Notes under the pieces: generated by a model
What the model was told of the DNA's origin: nothing
Seen by the model: only the letters and a program-made list of their open reading frames with translations
Database searches by the model: none
In this document: positions 36,199 to 44,416 of the stretch, one piece after another
How the letters are laid out: the number at the start of each line of letters is the position of its first letter
How positions within the stretch are numbered: position 1 is the stretch's first letter
Made by a program: the position numbers and the translations under genes
From: Clostridia bacterium
GTDB taxonomy: Bacteria > Bacillota > Clostridia > UMGS1883
NCBI GenBank assembly: GCA_045656645.1
Contig: JAZORN010000001.1
Span: 11,208 to 75,207, forward strand
Reading direction: 5' to 3'
DNA length: 64,000 bases

Positions 36199-39183
36199 TT
36201 AACATTTATAAATAAACATCTGTTTGAGTATCGGGCGAAGTTCCTTTGTCCAGGTGTATACACAAAGGAAGTCTCCTATATCCATATCATCAACTCTCAC
36301 CGATGTACTAATCTTCCCCGGCGATGTCGATTCTATTTTCGCATCTGCAAGCTCCACCCGTTTGAGTGTTCCCTCGGGCGTATATATTGCACAGATAAGC
36401 TGTAAATCTTCTTTATTGTAATCTGCGCCAAGCTCAGAGCTAAAGCTTACCATAAGCTCATCGCCGATTCTTGTAATTTCATTATCGTCCAAATCGTAAA
36501 AATTGTACTCTATATCCGTAGTTACAGGAAGCTCATATATTTTTACGTTGTCCACATACACCTTTGCAGTAGTATCAAGTCCGCTGTAAGCATTTATCAT
36601 GAAGTAGCTGATCTGTGGTGTTTCCGCCTTTGGTGCCTGTCCCGTCAGGACCTTCTCCCCGTTAAAATATACATCGCTTTCTAACGTCTTCTTATTAATC
36701 ACCATTTTTATGCGGTGTACTTCATTTGGTGCATATGTACCGATAATTTCGTTATTATGCAGCTTAATTGAATCTGCCGTATATGATTGTACGATAGCCC
36801 ATTTGTTTTTATCCGCAGAGTTATCGTGATAACCCAGCATTACACTAAGTCCGTTAAATGCCTCTGTAGTCATCAAATCGTATTCCATAACGATAACACT
36901 GTCACTGTCAGCATTTGCACCCGTTATGTAGGGATTTCCAAAAAATTTTCCGGAAAACTGCATCTGATATCCTTTATTGTACGGGATGGATACCGCTCTG
37001 CCGTAATTTCCCGTTGTAATGGGATGCTCCACTATCTTTGCCGGTGCGGCGCCGCTTGCCTGACCGCTTGAATGCATACTCCACGTAACCTTATCTGAAA
37101 ACACGCTATGCGGTGTCATTCCGAGGGGAAAACTGTCGAAGTTCTCATTAACAACATAGTTAATTTTATCAGGGAGTAAGCTTACCATATATGCATTCTC
37201 TTCTTCACCCTCTACATATATTTTAGCTACACCTGGAATTATCTTCGGCATTATTACCTTTACAGTCTTTCCGCAATATGATGAAGCGGTTACCCTTGGA
37301 ATATCAGTTGTTCCGGAAAGAAGCTCGTGGGTATATTCTGTTTTAAGCGGTGAAAATGCATCAATCGTTACACCGTCAATTTCAATTGATTTAAGCATCC
37401 AATCTTCACAAGGAACAACACTGACGTTGCAGCTGTCGGACACATTTCCGACTGTAGCAGTTATCTCGGCTGTTCCGACTGATACGGGGAAAATCCTTCC
37501 GTCCTCATCAACTGCTGCTACATTGGAATTACTGCTTGTATACACCGCTGTTTTTTCTGTTGCACCTTCAGGCGAAACGCTAAAGGAAAGCTTATTTGCG
37601 TCAAGTTCACACAGGTCACACAATTTCTTAATCGCCGTTGCCGCCTCCCCTCGGGTTACGGTTTGCTTTGGCGAGAAGCTTTTATCCCCACGTTCATTAA
37701 CAAGGTAGTAATTGGCAGCAATATCTGCATACTCACGCGCCCACTCACTTATATTGCCGCTATCGTCAAACTGTGACAGTGCTCCGCACGATTTATACGT
37801 TTTGTCCGTATTTTTGCATATAAGTGTTTTTACAAGAACGCTTGCAAGCTCCTCTTTATTTATAAAGCTGTCATTTCCCTGCGGCAGATTACTGTCTGCT
37901 ATCTGAGCATCCTTGCCGCAAATTCTGCTGCAGTAATCCAGCAGCTCTGCACGCGTTATATTTTTATCGGGTGCAAAGGTGCCATCTCCCCTGCCGTCTA
38001 TAAATCCGAGTGATGACAGTGCCTTAATATCCATCTCGGCACTGTGCCCCGCTATATCCGCAAAATCATTCTGGCTCAAAAGCACAAGTGTAATCTCATC
38101 CTGCTTCAGCGTGACGTCTGTTGCCTTCGTACGTGTTTTATTGAAGATTACATTAGAAGATGTTATTCTGCCGTAACCGTCATAATCCATATCTATTCCG
38201 CTTGCTCTGCCGCCGCTTGGAATTATACCGAATTTTCCGTCAAGTGCCGCCGCCAGAGTCATAAGCATACTCGCATTCCCGTCACTGATTTGTGCATTGT
38301 AACGGTTGCTGCTCTTCGTAAACAGATTGTTGTTTCGTGGTTCATATTTTAATACGTTTTCGCCTATCTTTTTGGCAAGGTCTAAATATGCCTGCACCCC
38401 TGTCTGCTTGTAAAGCGTAAGCATTACACTGAAATATGTGCCGCTTCGTGCAGTGGTATTCATCGTGAGATTCACATTCTCACCGGGGGCTGTTCCTATG
38501 TCGCCCAGACCGTATCCCTTGACAATATTTCTGGCAAATTTCCAGATATCTTCGCTTTTTGAAAGCTTATAGGCATATATCGCCGCACTTAACAGCGGAC
38601 CTTTAATAGTCTGATATTCATCCGGTGTAAGCGTGGTAATAGCTGTACCGTCCGACCACATCGGTGTTTTTAGTTTGTTTGTTTTTTCATCGTATGCAAC
38701 TCTCGCCACACCCTCTATACATTTCACAACATAGTCAAGGATGTCTATACCAAGGATTTCCGCTTTTTCTGCCCTCTCCTCATCGGAGAGCTTCTCGTAA
38801 TACGGCAAAAGTACCAGTGGTGTATAACCTGCCGTTATTTCTATCGCACCACTGTCCACATAGTTATATGTTTTCGCTTTGTAACCAAATTCCGCACCAT
38901 ATTTCTCATATGTAGTGTCACCTGTTGACAGCTCGCCGTACTGCGCACCGGAAAGTCCCGTATCGGGGTGGGTTACATCGATATACTTTTTCAGCAGGCG
39001 GAGCGCCCATTCCTCCGGTCTTTTATCTCCGGTCTTTTCTGAAATAAAGAGTGCAAATTCAATAAGGTCGTTACCCGTACTCTGGTACGCAATACCATCC
39101 TGCTTGAAATAAACTGACTCATCTGTGTATTCACTATCCCATAAATCGCCCATTTCCTTGTCATATTTGCCGTGCCTGTTCAT
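36199..39183 (-). CDS. C-terminal fragment ORF of interrupted paralog A (rest of catalytic region, SLH repeats, Big_2-like, cadherin-like, LamG-like and an extra C-terminal domain)
   Basis: 994-aa ORF starting MNRHGKYDKEMGDLWDSEYTD with no signal peptide of its own. It contains SLH repeats (FADIAGHSAEMDIKALSSLGFIDG...), an Ig-like block (VAAVDEDGRIFPVSVGTAEITATV), a cadherin-like block (WMLKSIEIDGVTIDAFSPLKTEY) and VYVDNVKIYELP. Confidence 0.6.
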   Translation of the reverse strand: MNRHGKYDKEMGDLWDSEYTDESVYFKQDGIAYQSTGNDLIEFALFISEKTGDKRPEEWALRLLKKYIDVTHPDTGLSGAQYGELSTGDTTYEKYGAEFGYKAKTYNYVDSGAIEITAGYTPLVLLPYYEKLSDEERAEKAEILGIDILDYVVKCIEGVARVAYDEKTNKLKTPMWSDGTAITTLTPDEYQTIKGPLLSAAIYAYKLSKSEDIWKFARNIVKGYGLGDIGTAPGENVNLTMNTTARSGTYFSVMLTLYKQTGVQAYLDLAKKIGENVLKYEPRNNNLFTKSSNRYNAQISDGNASMLMTLAAALDGKFGIIPSGGRASGIDMDYDGYGRITSSNVIFNKTRTKATDVTLKQDEITLVLLSQNDFADIAGHSAEMDIKALSSLGFIDGRGDGTFAPDKNITRAELLDYCSRICGKDAQIADSNLPQGNDSFINKEELASVLVKTLICKNTDKTYKSCGALSQFDDSGNISEWAREYADIAANYYLVNERGDKSFSPKQTVTRGEAATAIKKLCDLCELDANKLSFSVSPEGATEKTAVYTSSNSNVAAVDEDGRIFPVSVGTAEITATVGNVSDSCNVSVVPCEDWMLKSIEIDGVTIDAFSPLKTEYTHELLSGTTDIPRVTASSYCGKTVKVIMPKIIPGVAKIYVEGEEENAYMVSLLPDKINYVVNENFDSFPLGMTPHSVFSDKVTWSMHSSGQASGAAPAKIVEHPITTGNYGRAVSIPYNKGYQMQFSGKFFGNPYITGANADSDSVIVMEYDLMTTEAFNGLSVMLGYHDNSADKNKWAIVQSYTADSIKLHNNEIIGTYAPNEVHRIKMVINKKTLESDVYFNGEKVLTGQAPKAETPQISYFMINAYSGLDTTAKVYVDNVKIYELPVTTDIEYNFYDLDDNEITRIGDELMVSFSSELGADYNKEDLQLICAIYTPEGTLKRVELADAKIESTSPGKISTSVRVDDMDIGDFLCVYTWTKELRPILKQMFIYKC

Positions 39184-39216
39184 AGAAAGGTTGCTCCAGT
39201 CAAGGATATGCGCATT

Positions 39217-39759
39217 CTAGAAAGCCTCCATATATTTTATGGTTGCCTCAGGGTCAACCTCGTACATAAGCTCGTAGTAAGGGGAGTTATTCTTCATTTC
39301 GTGCTGGTTACCGAGAGATACTACCTCACCCGTTTTAGCATCTACGAAGGTGTGCGCCCCTGTATAGACAAGTCCATTTTTATCAGTGAAGTTGTCAAAC
39401 CACAGCTGTATCTGCTTTTTTGCAATTTCCTTATATTTAGGGTCGCCGGTAAGATTTGAATAACCCACCAGTGTGCTCAAAAAAGCCTGTTGGCTGAAAA
39501 AGTTGGCAGGATAATATGTCTGTCCGCCCGTTACCCATTCAACAGGCTCAAGGGTGTCGGAATTAAGACCCATTACCAAAAGCTCCGGATACTTGCTTCC
39601 TTCGATATAGCGCCCGTGCTCCAATACTGTATCGATATAATCCTTTACAACCTGCATACGGTCGATTTCTTCTTCAGCAAGCACACTTGGTAAAGAACCT
39701 GCTAAAAACAATATCGTCAGTATTAGGCTGAAAATTCTTTTATATATTTTTCTTTTCAT
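39217..39759 (-). CDS. N-terminal fragment ORF of interrupted paralog A (signal peptide plus first ~150 aa of the PL2-like domain)
   Basis: ATG at 39759 (the ORF track begins at TTG 39762). Signal peptide MKRKIYKRIFSLILTILFLAGSLPSVLA. Blocks YYPANFFSQQAFLSTLVGYSNLTGDPKYK and PYYELMYEVDPE align with the intact paralog. It ends at TAG 39217-39219. Confidence 0.6.
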   Translation of the reverse strand: MKRKIYKRIFSLILTILFLAGSLPSVLAEEEIDRMQVVKDYIDTVLEHGRYIEGSKYPELLVMGLNSDTLEPVEWVTGGQTYYPANFFSQQAFLSTLVGYSNLTGDPKYKEIAKKQIQLWFDNFTDKNGLVYTGAHTFVDAKTGEVVSLGNQHEMKNNSPYYELMYEVDPEATIKYMEAF

Positions 39760-39789
39760 CAAATTCCCCCTGCACTGATTTAGTTTACC

Positions 39790-39821
39790 GCATAGCCTTC
39801 CCCTCTGGGGGAAGGCTATGC
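39790..39821 (-). repeat. GC-rich palindromic stem-loop (core AGCCTTCCCC-N4-GGGGAAGGCT), copy 1
   Basis: gcatagccttcccc tctg ggggaaggctatgc, a 14-bp stem. It ends 12 nt 3' of the TAA of gene 39834..43202. No U-tract follows on the minus strand. Confidence 0.8.
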
Positions 39822-39833
39822 CGTTCGTTCTAA

Positions 39834-42800
39834 TTATTTAGCGATTAATTCCTCATATTCTGTGGGAATCTGATATACCTTCACATTGTCAAGGTAAACT
39901 AGTGTTCCCGGCTCTGACTGTGCAGAATCCAGTGCAATCAGGAACTGTGATATTCTGTCGTAATCAGCTACACTAAGTGTGCTCTGCTCCTCCAGTACCT
40001 TTTTATTGTCAACATACCAGTCAACATTCAGATTTTTTGGATCAAGAACAATTTTAATATTATTGTATACACCGGGGGTATAATTTACCATTGGTACTAT
40101 ACCGCTGCCCGTGTAAGCGTTAATTGTCGTTTCGGTGTAGCGCATTCTGACGGGCCATATACTGCCGTGACCGAGACGCACATCAACGCCTGAAATCGGT
40201 GCCGAGGTCATCAGGTCAAAATCAAGCACAATCAGGGTGTCGTCTGCGTCTTTGCCTACCATATACGGCTTATCCGGGAACCTGCCGCGCAGCTGTATCT
40301 GCACTCCCTTATAATACGGAAGTATCAGACCCTGATTATCCTTATCCTCCGCATCAGTCGGAGAAGGTATGTTTTTAACAAGTACGGAGGTTGCGTGGCC
40401 GTTCCACGCCTTGGAATTAAACGCCCAGATAGCGTCACCGACATTACGGTTATGTAATCCCAAATCAAGGAGATATCCGTCAAAGTCGTCGTTCATCTTA
40501 TAATCAATTCGCTCCGCAATAACGTTCAGCAGATACTTTTCCTCTGAATCACCGACAGTGATTGTTACTGTGCCGGGGAAGGTTTCGGGGATTTCGATAT
40601 TAACCTGCTCGCCTGAATAGGACTCCGCTTCAATTTTGGGATAATCCTTTGTGCCGAGGAGCAAATTCACCTCGTACTCCATCGTGGTGGGAACAAATTC
40701 CTTCATAAGGACGCCGTCAATTTTCACGTTTTTAAGCATCCAGTCTTTTTTGAAGATAACGTGTACATTTCGTGTATCTGTTACACCGTCCACCTCAGCA
40801 GTAAGGGTAGTCGTGCCCTCCGCCATTGGGTAAAGGCGTCCGTTTTTATCCACATCAAAAATATTTCTGTCGCCACTTGTCCAGTTTGCCGTCTGCTTGG
40901 TAGCAGTTTCGGGGAAAACTATTGCAGTAACGTCCTTAAAATCCTTTCCTATCATATCGTTCAGGAGTACGAGCATAGATGCCGCCTCCGCACGCGAAAC
41001 AACCTTTGAAGGTGAAAGCTGTGTATCGTTAATAAGCTGATAATTACAAGCGATACCTATGTAGGTTTTTGCCCAATCTGAAACAAGATGTGCGTCGGAA
41101 AGCTTATTTATTGCACCGTAATCCTTATACTCTACATCTTTGTTGAGCGAGATAAGCGTCTTAACAACGACAGCGACCATTTCCTCCATAGTAATATAAT
41201 CATTTGGTGCAAAAAGACCGTCTTTAAGGAAGGGGTCATCAATAAGACCGTTGTTTCGTGCTATCTCTACCGCATTGCGGTACCATGCGTCGTCTGCAAC
41301 ATCTGCGTAAATCCCAAATTTCTTTTCACGCGGGGGGAAATTGCAAAGCTTTACAACGATTGAAATAAACTCCGCGCGTGTAATTGGCTTATCAGGTGCA
41401 AAGGCGTCCGCTGATACGCCGTTTATTGCCCCCATCGAATACAGTGCACGAATGTCACCCTCCGCACTGTTTCCTGATATATCATTAAACGCAGGAACTC
41501 TGGGTGTTTCAATGGGGAGAACAATCTCACCGTCGTCTATTGTAACATTTGATGCCTTAACCCTTGTCTTTGACCAGAGCATTGCGTGGTCTGTCGTTCT
41601 TGCTGCGCCGTCATAATCAAACTCAACCGAGGCATTTGAAATTATACCATTATCAACTGCATCGGGCATATTGCGGACTGTAGCCTCAATTCGAAGAAGT
41701 GCAACCATATCCTCACGGTTTATGTTTGTATAGGAGAGGTTTGTCTTTCCCTCTATCAGATTATTGTAGGCGACAATCATATTTTCACCTATTTTTTCGG
41801 CAAGTGTCAAATAATCATTAAATCCTGTTTTATTATAAAGGTAAAGGAGTGTAAACACTATCTCCGGATCTGTTGTGGTGATTTCCATATTGAGGCTGAC
41901 ATTTTCACCCGGCTTCGTACCGATTTCTCCAACTCCAAAGCCCTTTGCCAGATCTCGTGCAAACTGCCATATAGTCTCACTTTCATGGGCAAAATATGTC
42001 TGCACTGCGCCATGCAAAACCTGTGTATGGGTAGTTTCGTTTGTTTCTCGTGTTTTTTTACCCGGAACACCCTGATAGCCTGCACGCTGTACAACGTAGC
42101 CCTGGTGATTTGTTCCATCCGACCACATAGGTGTTTTCAGTGTGTTTGTCTCAGCATCGTAGACGTATTTTGCCGTACCTTCAACTGAATTTACAATATA
42201 ATCCAAAACCTCCTGATCCCCCGTACGCTCTACATAGGGAAGCAGGTATTGCGGAGCAAAGCCCGCTATCGTTTTAATTTTGTACTTATTTATATAGTTA
42301 TATTCCTTTGCAATATCACCAAGTTCGGGGCCGTACTGGAGAAACAATCGGTCGCCGCCTGTCATTTCGCCGTACTGTGCGCCCGAAAGACCTGTAGTCG
42401 GGTTAACGGTATCAATAAACTTTTGCAGCATACGTCTCCCCCAGATTTCAGGTCCCTTATCGCCTGTTTTTTCAGCAATGAAAAAGGCAAAATTTATAAA
42501 ATCATCGCCCGCATTCTGGAATGCAAGGTTATGTCCGTTATCAAAGTCAATCGAAGTGTCTGTATATTCGCTGTCCCACAGAGCACTCATCGGCTTATTA
42601 TAGTAGCCGTGTCTGTTCATAGAAAGGTTGCTCCAGTCTATAATGTGGGAATTCCAGCACCCCTCTAGATAGCGTTTAACACCCTCGGGATGTACCTCGT
42701 ACATAAATTCGTAATACGGGAAAACCTGCTTCAATTCGTGCTCATTATATGATAAAATTTCTCCTGTTTTTACGTCTACAAGGGTATGCTCGCCGGCATA

Positions 42801-43202
42801 CAGAAGGCCGGTGCCTTCTTCTGCATAGTTATCAAACCAGAATCTGACCTGCTCCGCACCAATATCTTTGTACTTCTGATCACCGGTAAGATTGGTAAGA
42901 CCGACAAGGACACGCAAAAAGTTCTGCTGGCTGGTAATATTTGCGGGATAGTATGTATTACCCTTATACTTCCATTCCGCCGGTTTTTTCGTATCCACGT
43001 TATAGCCGTTTACCAGAATATGCGGATATTTTGCACCGGGAACGTTAAACCGTGCATATCGCAACGCATCCTCGACATATCCGATTACCGTTTCCATGCG
43101 GGCTTTGCTTCGTGCATCTCCCTCTTCTGCCATAGCAAAGGACGGCACCAAAAGTGCCATTGTCGCTATAATAGCAATAAAAATGCATTTAACTTTTTTC
43201 AT
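39834..43202 (-). CDS. SLH-anchored multidomain putative polysaccharide lyase, PL2-like, paralog B (intact, 1122 aa)
   Basis: Signal peptide MKKVKCIFIAIIATMALLVPSFAMA. A roughly 520-aa N-terminal region has blocks YYPANITSQQNFLRVLVGLTNLTGDQKYK, LLYAGEHTLVDVKTGE, PYYEFMYEVHPE, WNSHIIDWSNLSMNRHG and TGLSGAQYGEM, which I recall as PelW/PelY (PL2, Pec_lyase)-like. These are followed by three SLH repeats, a Big_2-like Ig domain, a cadherin-like sandwich and a LamG-like module ending VYLDNVKVYQIP. Confidence 0.5.
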   Translation of the reverse strand: MKKVKCIFIAIIATMALLVPSFAMAEEGDARSKARMETVIGYVEDALRYARFNVPGAKYPHILVNGYNVDTKKPAEWKYKGNTYYPANITSQQNFLRVLVGLTNLTGDQKYKDIGAEQVRFWFDNYAEEGTGLLYAGEHTLVDVKTGEILSYNEHELKQVFPYYEFMYEVHPEGVKRYLEGCWNSHIIDWSNLSMNRHGYYNKPMSALWDSEYTDTSIDFDNGHNLAFQNAGDDFINFAFFIAEKTGDKGPEIWGRRMLQKFIDTVNPTTGLSGAQYGEMTGGDRLFLQYGPELGDIAKEYNYINKYKIKTIAGFAPQYLLPYVERTGDQEVLDYIVNSVEGTAKYVYDAETNTLKTPMWSDGTNHQGYVVQRAGYQGVPGKKTRETNETTHTQVLHGAVQTYFAHESETIWQFARDLAKGFGVGEIGTKPGENVSLNMEITTTDPEIVFTLLYLYNKTGFNDYLTLAEKIGENMIVAYNNLIEGKTNLSYTNINREDMVALLRIEATVRNMPDAVDNGIISNASVEFDYDGAARTTDHAMLWSKTRVKASNVTIDDGEIVLPIETPRVPAFNDISGNSAEGDIRALYSMGAINGVSADAFAPDKPITRAEFISIVVKLCNFPPREKKFGIYADVADDAWYRNAVEIARNNGLIDDPFLKDGLFAPNDYITMEEMVAVVVKTLISLNKDVEYKDYGAINKLSDAHLVSDWAKTYIGIACNYQLINDTQLSPSKVVSRAEAASMLVLLNDMIGKDFKDVTAIVFPETATKQTANWTSGDRNIFDVDKNGRLYPMAEGTTTLTAEVDGVTDTRNVHVIFKKDWMLKNVKIDGVLMKEFVPTTMEYEVNLLLGTKDYPKIEAESYSGEQVNIEIPETFPGTVTITVGDSEEKYLLNVIAERIDYKMNDDFDGYLLDLGLHNRNVGDAIWAFNSKAWNGHATSVLVKNIPSPTDAEDKDNQGLILPYYKGVQIQLRGRFPDKPYMVGKDADDTLIVLDFDLMTSAPISGVDVRLGHGSIWPVRMRYTETTINAYTGSGIVPMVNYTPGVYNNIKIVLDPKNLNVDWYVDNKKVLEEQSTLSVADYDRISQFLIALDSAQSEPGTLVYLDNVKVYQIPTEYEELIAK

Positions 43203-43242
43203 ATATACAGCTCACCTCTTTATAAATGCAAAATGGACTTTC

Positions 43243-43276
43243 TTCTAAGCCTTCCCCTTGAGGGGAAGGCTTAGAA
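43243..43276 (-). repeat. GC-rich palindromic stem-loop (core AGCCTTCCCC-N4-GGGGAAGGCT), copy 2
   Basis: ttctaagccttcccc ttga ggggaaggcttagaa, a 15-bp stem. It ends 12 nt 3' of the TAA of gene 43289..44359, the same spacing as copy 1. Confidence 0.8.
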
Positions 43277-43288
43277 TTTTCTATTTAA

Positions 43289-44359
43289 TTACAGTTTCTC
43301 GCACTGATTTAATCCAAGACCTCTAAGGTCAGCAACAATGCCCTTATCCTCTGCCTCGTAAAGCTTCCATATTACACGAAGTCCCTGAAGGCTCTCATAA
43401 CCGTTTGTAATAGGTGTAAGGTCATTCTCTACACAGTCAATGAAATGTTCAATTTCCTCATGTGTCTTTTTAAGGATATAATCATTTGTTTCGTAGAGAA
43501 CCTCTACTTCCTTCATATCGGGATCCTCGTCAAGCTGCTTTGCAATATTAAGGTTCTTGTAAAGGAGAATCTTACCGCCGTTAACACTGTCTTTGTTAGT
43601 TGTGTATGCGAGCATACCTCTTGTACCGTGAATATGGAAGGAACGGCCAAGCTGTGTACCAACTGCGCCCCATGTTCCCATATGGTAACCCATTGCACCA
43701 CTTTCAAACTTAATTGTTGCGTGGCTTGTACCCTCACGCTCCATCCAGGGGGTACCCTTGTTTGTGCCAAGGTGTGTTCCGCAAACGGGATTGCCAAGGA
43801 ACCACAAAAGGATATCAACATAATGACAGCCATGGCTGAAGAACTGTCCGCCACCTACGGTAGCGGCATCGCATGCCCACTTTGTCATATGAGTGTGCTG
43901 CTCCGTCCAGATGGACATATTGAATACTTCACCAATTATACCACTGTCAACAAGCTCCTTGAGCTTAAGGATTTCAGGCCAGTAACGAACGGGATATGCC
44001 GTCATAAGCTTAATATTATGTGCCTCTGATGCTTTGATAAGGTTAATACACTCTTCCTCAGTATTACACATAGGCTTTTCCATCAGAACGTGCTTGTCAT
44101 TCTCGATGAAGAACATACCTACCTCATAGTGAAGATGATGCGGAAGTACGATTAAAACTGCATCTACAAGGTCTACCATATCCTTGTAATCTGTAAAGTA
44201 TTTATCTACACCTAATACCTCTGCACTTCTTTTTGCCCTATCCTCGATAATATCGCAGGTACAGGTAACAACAGCCCTATCCTTGAGAGCGTTGAATGCT
44301 CTTTCGTGGTTTGTGTTCATACCACCGCAACCGATAATTCCTATTCTGATTTTTTCCAT
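43289..44359 (-). CDS. Gfo/Idh/MocA-family oxidoreductase
   Basis: ORF track starts at TTG 44395 with no RBS. I prefer ATG at 44359 (MEKIRIGIIGCGG...), which is preceded by AGGAAAGGA. EKP motif HVLMEKPMC. Confidence 0.8.
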   Translation of the reverse strand: MEKIRIGIIGCGGMNTNHERAFNALKDRAVVTCTCDIIEDRAKRSAEVLGVDKYFTDYKDMVDLVDAVLIVLPHHLHYEVGMFFIENDKHVLMEKPMCNTEEECINLIKASEAHNIKLMTAYPVRYWPEILKLKELVDSGIIGEVFNMSIWTEQHTHMTKWACDAATVGGGQFFSHGCHYVDILLWFLGNPVCGTHLGTNKGTPWMEREGTSHATIKFESGAMGYHMGTWGAVGTQLGRSFHIHGTRGMLAYTTNKDSVNGGKILLYKNLNIAKQLDEDPDMKEVEVLYETNDYILKKTHEEIEHFIDCVENDLTPITNGYESLQGLRVIWKLYEAEDKGIVADLRGLGLNQCEKL

Positions 44360-44416
44360 TTCGTTCAAATCCTTTCCTAAATTTTCAACTTTCAATTTTC
44401 AATTTTTAATTGATTT

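Larger units (their letters stand above)
36199..39759 (-). pseudogene. SLH-anchored PL2-like putative polysaccharide lyase, paralog A, interrupted by one in-frame TAG (39217-39219)
   Basis: ORFs 39217..39762 and 36199..39183 are in the same frame (39762-39183 = 579 = 193x3). Reading through gives MEAF*NAHILDWSNLSMNRHG, against LEGCWNSHIIDWSNLSMNRHG in the intact paralog, so TAG replaces TGG (Trp). There are no other disruptions over about 1187 codons. Confidence 0.7.

Noticed and set aside
39217-39219. Possibility that the in-frame TAG is decoded (pyrrolysine or programmed read-through)
   Set aside because: The aligned residue in the paralog is Trp (a single TGG to TAG change). TAG also serves as the apparent genuine stop of the gene at 59993. 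No pyl genes or suppressor tRNA are visible in the window. A mutation or sequencing error is the simpler explanation.
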